From Tubiluchus corallicola (Eukaryota; Animalia; Priapulida), in contig JAQGDQ010000985.1 in assembly GCA_030141605.1 (NCBI GenBank), positions 8,988 to 72,987 of the forward strand: a DNA stretch of 64,000 nt. The letters run 5' to 3'. Shown one piece after another: positions 54,501 to 64,000 of this stretch (positions are counted from its first letter, which is position 1; every line of letters begins with the position of its first letter). A program made the translations under genes and the position numbers. The notes under the pieces are model-generated. The model did not search any database and was not told where the DNA came from. It saw only the letters and a program-made list of their open reading frames with translations.

Positions 54501-57500
54501 TATTTGCTCCGGTTAGCGTGCCTCTACTTAAAATTAGCTGAGGTGTCCAAAATTGTTTGTTGCCAAGATGGTGAAAGTTTCTGATTGGGCTGCGTAGGGT
54601 GATAACGTGTTTACGAGAAGATGCCATTATTAACGCCCAAGCGCGTATGCAATCCCGTAGTAGTTGTGAAAGGTTCTATGCATTGCGCCAGGAGTCGCTG
54701 GACAAAGTACCAGAAAGATGCCATTATTAACGCCCAAGCGCGTATGCAATCCCGTAGTAGTTGTGAAAGGTTCTATGTATTGCGCCAGGAGTCTCTGGAC
54801 AAGTGCTATGCACCCGTCCGTCAAAGTCTTCCTAGTCGAGTAAAATAAACCATTTCCTATATACAAAGTTGCGCATAAATCTGGTGTAAAGTATGTGCCT
54901 TATAGACATACTGCTTTTTATACAGAGCAAAGAGTACATTAACATTCATTTAAGAAAAATGTTTAGTTTTAGCTTTAGTCAGCGCTTCTTCTAAACGCTG
55001 TATAGAATGGGTGTATAGAATTTTAAAGCAAGAATATAATTTATAACTAATCTCTTCCGACTAAAGTTTAAAATAACGCATTTATAAGACAGTCAGAAAA
55101 AACCAAAAGCGAGAAAGAAATATGGTATTGCTTGAGGTACAGTAAAAAAGCGAATTGTCCATGCAAAGAATTTTTATGCAAAAAGCGAATTTGATTCTTT
55201 TATGTTAAAAAACATTGACTAAATACAAATCCTTGTGGCCGATTTCGTTAAACGTTAAATTAATGAATCAATGTGGAAGTTTTGATGATAAAAATGCTTC
55301 GTAACAGCTACAAAAACGGTTTGGCTTGGACCACAACAATTATGCAGGCTAGAAATACAGACAACGAGAACATGCTGTTACTGTAATTGAGCGACCTTTG
55401 CCGATTAAATAGTTAAAAGGCATTTTCATTGCACAGGGTGTCGGAAAATTATAGTCCCATTATCGCAAGTAAATGCGATAATATTATTTTTATTATTATT
55501 TATGTTTATTATTATTATTATTGTTGTTGTTATTATTAGTATTATTATTATTGTTGTTATTATTATTATTATTATTAAATTAATTATTTATTATTTAATT
55601 ATTAAAATTAATAATTATTATTATAACTATTATTAAAAAACGCGATTTTTTATTACTATATATCTTATTTAATCTGCTTTTTTTGTTCTCACTTGTTAGT
55701 GCTAGAAATGTGAATATATTTTTAATTTAATTATTATTATATCTTATTTAATCTGCTTTTTTATTCTCACTTCTTATTGCTAGAAATCAAGAACAAACGA
55801 AAGTTTTTGAAGAAAGACTCATGACGCCATTTCAGTGGAGTAACGAACTGCAGTCTTATCCATTTGTGCCCCCCCCAGACTTTTTGTAAATCGATCTGTA
55901 TCATCAATTCCTCAGCATTCGCTTGCCAATACAGCAGTACTGAAATTCTCTTCCCATTCATATAAATGGGTCTCCGCTGGTAATTGCCGCCTCCAGTAGA
56001 CATACAGTTACATCCTTTCAACATACAGTAAGTCCTCACTTAACGCGCTAATGCGTTCCAGCAGAATGCGTTGTTAACCAAAATGTCTCTAAACGAAACA
56101 TTGTTTTCCTTAAGAAACAATGTAAAAGCATACAGTCGCATTCCTGGAGGAAAAATCAATAGTGCTTGGCTATGTAAAAGCGTTCAGTTGCTTGCAGGGA
56201 GGGGGAGGGGCGAAAATCACTTAAGGATGACTGTGTTAAAAGGTTTAGTTTTTTTGCAAGAGAAAAATCATAAACGTTTCGCCCATAAATTAAACACTTT
56301 ATATGGTTTATTGCTTACAATTCTACAGCGTTTCTCTAATTAAAATGTGTATATATTATTGTTTGATACTGTTAATTTTCATTTATGCATGGATATTAAA
56401 GAAATAAATAAAGAAGCTGCGCATAGCAGTTCTATATACTAAGATAAGTTTTCTTTACTCAAAATTAAATATTCTTTCTCGTGAGGTTGCCGTTCTTATC
56501 TATTTTTCTTCTTTGCGGAGGGGGTTATCATTGCCTGACACTCCTTACCTGTTGTTCAACAGCTTACCTGAATCACACTACTCTTTACCTGTTGTTCAAC
56601 AGCTTACCTGAATCACGCTACTCCTTACATGTTGTTCAACAGCTTACCTGAATCACGCTACTCCTTACCTGTTGTTCAACATCTTACCTGAATCACGCTA
56701 CTCCTTACCTGTTGTTCAACAGCTTACCTGAATCACGCTACTCCTTACCTGTTGTTCAACTGCTTACCCAAATCACACTTTCCCTGTTGTTCAACAGGTT
56801 ACCTGAACACGCTACTCCTTACCTGTTGTTTAACAGCTTACCTGAATCACGCTACTCCTTACCTGTTGTTCAACATCTTACCTGAATCACGCTACTCCTT
56901 ACCTGTTGTTCAACTGCTTACCTGAATCACGCTACTCCTTACCTGTTGTTCAACTGCTTACCCAAATCACACTTTCCCTGTTGTTCAACAGGTTACCTGA
57001 ACACGCTACTCCTTACCTGTTGTTCAACTGCTTACCCGAATCACACTTTCCCTGTTGTTCAACAGGTTACCTGAACACGCTACTCCTTACCTGTTGTTTA
57101 ACAGCTTACCTGAATCACGCTACTCCTTACCTGTTGTTCAACATCTTACCTGAATCACGCTACTCCTTACCTGTTGTTCAACATCTTACCTGAATCACGC
57201 TATTCTTTACCTGTTGTTCAACAGCTTACCTGAATCACGCAGTTTGACGGTATCATATGTGATGGTTGATTGATTTCTGCCATGACGTATGTACAACCTC
57301 TTAGTTTCGTCACTTCCAGCTTTAATTTCAAAGCCGTTGTGATACCACAAAAATGTGATTGGGTCATCCATCCCTTCAGCTTGGCAGGTAATCTCATTCT
57401 TGGTATCAACAAGGTAAGGTGGTCCCGAAGAAACCGTTAGAGTCGCCAAACTATCTAGCAGATTGACCTCTGAAATCAAATAGAGAAGGATTACATCATT

Positions 57501-59826
57501 CTTCCGGAAATTTGCACTAAAATCAATTTTCAGTCAAGAAATTTAAAATTTGCAGACGCATTTGCTTTGTGGTTGTGAAATAGCACTGATATCTACGGAC
57601 TCAAAAGAAAACAGGTGTACTATCCCATTTTAAACTAATGTAAAAGGTATACATTTTAACATCAATAATACTGTAAAAACATTTCCGATAATTAAACAAG
57701 ACATTAAAATCTTAATTACTGACTGGCGAGCCTCAGTAATTTTGCTTTAATTGACTACTGCTGCTTCAACCTTTCATTTCTTGCAGCATTTCTGATAAAA
57801 TGGATTTTTATTTTTGAATTACTTAACTCTAAAAAGCTAACAGATGAACTAAAACCTCAAATGATAACTTACCGCAAGTTTCGCCAGTCCATTCAGGGTG
57901 ACAGCTGCACGTTGCTATTGACATATTTCCAGAATCTGGTATACAAGAACCATTGTTGAAGCACGGATTCACAAAACAAGGGTCACCAATATTGCAATGT
58001 TCTCCAATGAATCCCTCATTGCAGTCACAGTAAGGTTGGCTTTGATCTTCTGGATCTGGCCTGCAAGTACCATTATTACAAGGACTGGAAAAACATGGAT
58101 CTGCTGTGTCACAATATTCACCAATCCAGGCTGGATAACAAGTACAGTTAGCTACTGATGGATTTTCAACATGTGGCATGCACGTGCCATTGGCACAGGG
58201 ATCGTTAAAACAAGGATCTTCAATATTGCAATTTTCTCCAATGAATCCCTCATCACAGTCACAATGAGGCTGCGTGTAGTTGTCTGGATTAGGTTTACAG
58301 GTTCCGTTAAGACAAGTGAAATCTAAACAAGGACTGAAAATGTCACAAAGCTCTCCTTCATATGCTGGAATGCATTCACACAATGGCAGAGATTCGTCAT
58401 CGGGATTTGGGATACAAATACCATTGATACACGTGGCATTCACACATGGATCTGAAATGTTGCAAAACTCACCAATCCAAGTCGAGTAACAAGTGCAATT
58501 TGCAACTGATGGAACCTCTGAATCTGGCGTACAGATACCATTCAAACAAGGATCAACAAAACAAGGATCATCAATGTCACAATGGTCTCCTATAAAACCG
58601 TCTACGCAGTCACAGTAAGGCTTAGTTGAATTATTTGAATCTGGTTTGCATTCTCCATTAACACATTCGTACTCCAGGCAAGGAGTAAAAATATCACAAA
58701 CTTCTCCTTCGTAGGCAGGATCACAGTTACATATTGGCAAAGTTTCGTTATCTTGATCTGGTATACAGGTGCCATTAACACACTCATCATATCCAATACA
58801 GGGATCGTCTATATCACAAAATTCTCCCACAAAGCCTGGGTCACACAGACAATAAGGCAAAGTAAAATTTTCTGGATTTGGTGCACAGGTCCCATTGATG
58901 CAGAGCTCTGAGTCATAATCCAAACACGGATCAACAAAGTTACAGTAGTAGCCCACGTAACCATCATCACATGTGCAGTTTGGTTTTGATGGATCATTGA
59001 TGTCAGGCTCACAATCTCCATTTTCACAAGGATCTGGTTTGCATGGATCCTCGAACTCACAAAAGTCTCCAATGTATCCTTCAAGGCAGTCGCACTTAAT
59101 TGTTGTATCGTTTATTTCCGAGCATCTGCCACTGTTCTGGCAAGGGTTTGGCAAACAAGGGTCAATGTCGATTTCACAGAACTCTCCTTCAAATCCATCC
59201 GGGCAATTGCAATCAGGAATTGATGGATCTGTGATATTTGGTTTGCATGTTCCTCCATTCAAACAAGGTTCAGAATTGCAAGGGTTTGTGATGTTGCAGT
59301 CATCTCCAACCCATTCCGGTCTACAAGTACACGTGTACGAGTCATCAACCTCCCAACACGTCCCTCCATTCATACACGGATTTGGCACACAAAGATCGTC
59401 AATATCGCAGTGTTCTCCACCCCACCCCTCATCACAAATACACTTAGCCGTCTCAGGATCTTGTTGATCTGTGTGGCAGTCACCGTTAACACAGGGATTG
59501 TTTGCGTCAGCGCATGGGTCGATCTGCGTACAATTGACACCCTCATATCCATCTAGACAACGACATTCGTAGTCACCAGGTATGCTAGGATGTAACGCAC
59601 ACGTTCCTCCGTTTAAACAAGGTTGTGGGTGACAAGGATTCTCTCTTTCACAATTGTCACCCGTCCATTCATTCTCACAGAAGCAAATGTATCCATTCGG
59701 TGGTGGACCAGGAATACAAGTACCACCATTCTGGCATGTTTCAGGTGTACAGTCTGCTGTGATTGTTACAATGAGACATAAACCAAGAAAAAGTCCTGGC
59801 AGTACTCGTCTATAAGAAGAATCCAT
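48566..59826 (-). CDS. Adhesion GPCR copy B, ectodomain only (SP, 16 EGF, 2 Ig, HRM; ~937 codons); lacks GAIN and 7TM
   Basis: Exons 59826-57873, 57469-57230, 53859-53717, 51665-51548, 50045-49884, 49062-48976 and 48672-48566 have intact frames and splice sites. The following intron is cut by the junction at ~47932. Confidence 0.82.
51960..52388. repeat. 71-bp minisatellite, ~6 copies (mirror of 32134-33057)
   Basis: Reverse-complement unit of the left-arm array. Confidence 0.9.
53004..53343 (-). mobile_element. Copy-B-specific ~340-bp retroposon-like insertion with (TAAA)n tail
   Basis: Absent at the equivalent left-arm site (~31520-31545, GTAACATTGATTTGCAACTG contiguous); TTTATTTATTTA run at its low-coordinate end. 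Confidence 0.65.
56540..57240 (-). repeat. Expanded 40-bp splice-donor minisatellite (~18 units) in copy B
   Basis: Reverse complement of the 28331-28610 unit, with shorter variant units that are themselves re-duplicated. Confidence 0.9.
57873..59826 (-). CDS. Giant first coding exon of copy B: signal peptide plus 16 EGF-like repeats
   Basis: 665-aa ORF nearly identical to copy A, minus two 78-aa units, plus a 2-aa (KP) insertion in EGF13. Confidence 0.93.
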
Positions 59827-62800
59827 TTTTACTCTCTAAAATCAATTAAACAATGTGTTAGCACTTACTTATTTATATAGCCAAATTTATTTAGATTTAA
59901 CTTTTTTAGTTCCCGTCATCTGAACAGTCGTCAACAAAATGAACGAAACGTATCAAATAGTTAGTTAGTCGTGGTCTTAAAATACAACAATTCGAAGTAA
60001 ACTGAAAAACAAATGTTGCTGTACACTGAACGTAATCTAACGTACCAGCAGCTTTTTAAATTTTAAAAGTTAGTAGTTTCTGTTTTATTATCAATTGGTG
60101 CTTAATTTTACAATCAGTAGACGCCAGTCTATTGAATATAGACTATTCAATTCAGCAGTTTATTGTTTGTAAACTTTCATCACAATAATAAAATAGTATA
60201 AAAGGTGCTGTACAAAATTAAAAGAAAATCACATAAAATCTAAATAGTACTTTAAATTATCGCAAGGAGCACGACATCACAAGAAGAATCATCAGTAAAA
60301 ACGACATTATCACACTAGCAAAAAGTAATAGCATAAAGGATAGACTAAAAATTACACATGTGCTGGCTAAAACAAGTGAGTCATAACTAGTTTCTTAAAT
60401 TCTCTAGCATTTGTAGCCAATTTTAGATTCATAGACAACTGGTTCCATAAACGCTAAAAGCTCTATCCTCAAATGTTACAAACTTAATTTTTGATATCTT
60501 AAACTGTAGATTGTCAATAGATCTCAGAGTATATGTTGAAGTAATAAACTCGAAAGTCTCTGTCAAATACGATGGTACTCCCCTTTTTAACGATATAAAG
60601 GTAACAAGAAGAACTTTAAATTGCATGCGATATGTAATTGGTAACCAATGCACCATCTTGAAAGCCGGAGTAATACGATCATTGAAAATTATTATGTAAG
60701 TGTTTTTCTTTCAGCAAGTAACACCATTTCATCACATATTCGATCTTAATTACATTGCTTACTTTAGTGTCAATGCTTACTTTTTTACTTTTAGTATTCT
60801 TACTGTATATTCACAGCACACTACTTCGATCACTAAAAACTCATTTGCACTACTATAAAGATTATATAAACTGCATTGTACAGGCTACATATTTATATAG
60901 AAGAATGATCTCTGATCCTTAATGTTCAAAACTACTTAACAGTAAAAAAAACGAATGATGTGTTTATGTACCAACACAGTGACCTGATTCAATATCAAAA
61001 ATCATAAAATTATAACTACTATACAGTTACTTTATATGATTGTTAACATAGTGATAATGCAATAGTCGATTGTAAAATAAAAAATGTTGTCTCAGGACAA
61101 GTAAAGAAGTTGTAAAACAATGTATGTGCACTTAGGGTGTAACCTACATTTTTACTTTAGCTTATCAGACACGCCAATCCCCAAAAACATTTAAAACATC
61201 GCTAGCCAATTCGTAATAGGCCTACATCATGTGACGCCTACACAAGTTTTTACGTAATTTTTGTTTTATATCCGCAAACGCAAGTACGTTGTTTTTTTGT
61301 TGTTGCTTTGCCTGAGTAATTACTACCTACCACTCAAGTTAAGGTGGATTCTAGTCAATGTCCTCGGCTTTGACTGAATTAAAAATCGATTAACGGCATA
61401 AAAATAGTTTGTTGCACTGCTTCAAATGAGCCACGTGTTTCTCTTGTTTTCCACCATATGCTGAGTAAGCAATTCCTGTCACAAGAATGTACTTATATTC
61501 ATATATATACTTGTTAGATATATTCTCCTTTACATAATTATAGAGAAATATTTCTGCATTGAAACTACGAAAGGATATCTCAACGAAACTGTAATTAAAA
61601 AAAGGTAGCAAATCCGTACTGGAATCACTAAACACAGACTATACTCAGCAAATAGAGATTACTGTATATGACTTATTGACAATTAATAAGCAAAATGCAA
61701 CAATTCCAGCAATATCTCAACAGAATGTGTAACTCAAAGAATAGTGTTTATCAAACGTATCATCATTATAACGGCATAGTTAATTAACTATCAACAAAGC
61801 TATTGTAGTTTTCAATATTTTAGAGCATTTTTTATTCTGAACTAATGTTGACACAAGGTTTTCTTTTAACTAATGAAATTCTCTTAATTACAAATGTTGT
61901 CGTAATTAGTAATGAATTATTTATGATCTAACAGCATATACCATGTGTGACAAGTCACCTAGCACACACAAAAATCAGAAAATAGAACACTACATAAGAT
62001 CAACGTTGTAAAAAGTTTTATTGCTAGCACTAATAACAAAAAAGGGAGAACAAAATAAGAACAATAACTTAAATAAGTAACAGCACACATATATACTAGG
62101 CTGAGAAGCACCTGTCTCAGAAATCCAAGGCTGTAATGACTTCTACTCGCTTTATACTGGCATTCCAGGTCAGATGGCTCCTCACGCCACGTGTAGGCCC
62201 AAACAAGACGTCTGGATCTACAAGGAAGGGGTGAGTCACTGCTAACGTGGAGGCAGAAGGTGCAGAGGGCTCTATATCTGACCCGGCAACAGGTGCCTCC
62301 GTAACAATATTTGCCGCGCTGAGGGAGGATGAACACGTATCCAAGTGCCTCTGGCAATGACTTTTCATGAGCTTTTCTCAGATTCCGCTGCAATCATCCA
62401 AATTAGTAGTAAGACTGTCAATTTACCATTAGGTGTTAAACATGAATATTTACAAAACACAAATTATCTTTTTATCTGTATTATATAATATTATCTGTCC
62501 ATGGCTGTCTGTTAATTTAATACATAACAGATAATATAATATTATCTGTCCATGGCTGTCTGTTAATTTAATACATAACAGATAATATAATATTATCTGT
62601 CCATGGCGGGTTAAAGCCTAGAAATGTGGCAAAACTCGTGGTAAAGTTTTAATGAGAATTCTCAGCTAACATTCGTCGTAATTAAGCATTAGTTCCACTT
62701 TGCAGGACCACTTCCAAATGGAATTCAGTCCAGCAGATCTAGCAAACCGGTGAACTAAATACAAAAACATCAAAACCGAATTTATTGGCGACGGTTTCGA

Positions 62801-63635
62801 ACAAACTTTTCATTTCAAACTGTTCATTGTCAAAACATCAAAAACAAAAAAATAAGAATTTAGAAACAACATCGAAATGCAATTCAGTAGTTAGATAGTG
62901 AAAAGATATATGACATAACATGATATAGATAATTTAACAATTTACTTTATATATTACATATCTTGATTGGTATGAAACTATCAATCTATATGATTACCAA
63001 TACTACATGTATCCCCATGTATGTGATTGGTATTGTTATTATATCATATATCTTTTGAGTATCTAACTACTGAGTTGTATTTCGATGTTGTTTCTAAATT
63101 CTGGTAAATTTTGTTTTAGATGCCTTGACATTGAATAGTTTGTTCAAAACCGGTCGGCAATAAATTCCATTTTGATGTAGTTGCATTTATTTAACAAACA
63201 TGGATAATTAAATACAAAAAGAAAATATAAATGTGCCTACTCAGGACTACAAGTGACTTACCACAATCGATTACATCAGCCGGTACGCGATCTTGTGGGC
63301 TGTCTGGAATGCAGGATGCAAAGTCGAGAGAAAGAAAGCAATGTGGTGGAACACAGAGCACAGCTTCATGAAATTTCCACCTTCGTTCACAGAGTTTCAG
63401 AACGTTTGCCAGAAAACTTGGATGTGCAGACAGAAACGGAGTGCAGTGTAATATCCATGTTAGTTGACACAGCGAGTCATATGTTAAGAATCATTTTGCA
63501 AACAATGATCTCATAAACAAAAATATCCTTTATTAACTTACCATGCAACTGAAGTGCTTTACATGAATTATTTACACCAATATCATTCATCTTACATTTA
63601 CATTAAACTGTAATTTAAAATTTTAACAGCCTGGA

Positions 63636-64000
63636 AAGTCATATACAGTAATCTCTATTTGCTGAGTATAGTCTGTGTTTAGTGATTCCAGTACGGATTT
63701 GCTACCTTTTTTTTAATTACAGTTTCGTTGAGATATCCTTTTTCGTAGTTTCAATTGAAATATTTCTCAATAATTATGTAAACGAGAATACATGTTTACA
63801 AGAAAGTATATTCTTGTGACAGGAATTGCTTACTCAGTATGTGGTGGAAACCAATAGAAATGCGTGGCTCATTTGAAGCAGTGCATCTGTGAAAGAGCAA
63901 CAAACTATTTCTATGCCGTTAATCGATTTTTAATTCAGTCAAAACCGAGGACATTGCCTAGAATCCATCTTTACTCGATAGGTAGTAATTACCCAGGCAA
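63636..64000 (+). repeat. Third, more diverged copy of segment 23441-23806 (direct orientation), running off the window
   Basis: AAGTCATATACAGTAATCTCTATTTGCTGAG...GACATTG.CTAGAATCCA matches 23441 onward, and the reverse complement of ~61307-61674. Confidence 0.85.

Overview
AT-rich eukaryotic (metazoan, probably invertebrate) genomic DNA with intron-containing genes. From left to right: a 5S-rRNA-headed SINE (second copy at 17.3-17.6 kb); a decayed, 3'-truncated BEL/Pao LTR retrotransposon (minus strand) whose RT motif is split by a hAT-like MITE; an RTE LINE tail; and an intact-looking 7-exon cytosolic sulfotransferase gene with a GC-AG intron. The dominant structure is a ~15.7-kb inverted duplication (about 21507-37204 mirrored at 47932-63639, ~10.7-kb spacer) carrying two convergent copies of an unusual adhesion GPCR gene (signal peptide, 20 or 16 EGF repeats in one giant exon, 2 Ig, HRM, GAIN with degenerate GPS, TM helices). 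The inner junction lies inside the ECL2 exon, so copy A stops after TM4 and copy B lacks GAIN/7TM. The copies differ in EGF number and in the size of a tandem array of 5' splice donors. A third copy of upstream sequence starts at the outer junction. All exon models were built by hand from GT/GC-AG sites and reading phase; a haplotype mis-join cannot be excluded from sequence alone.
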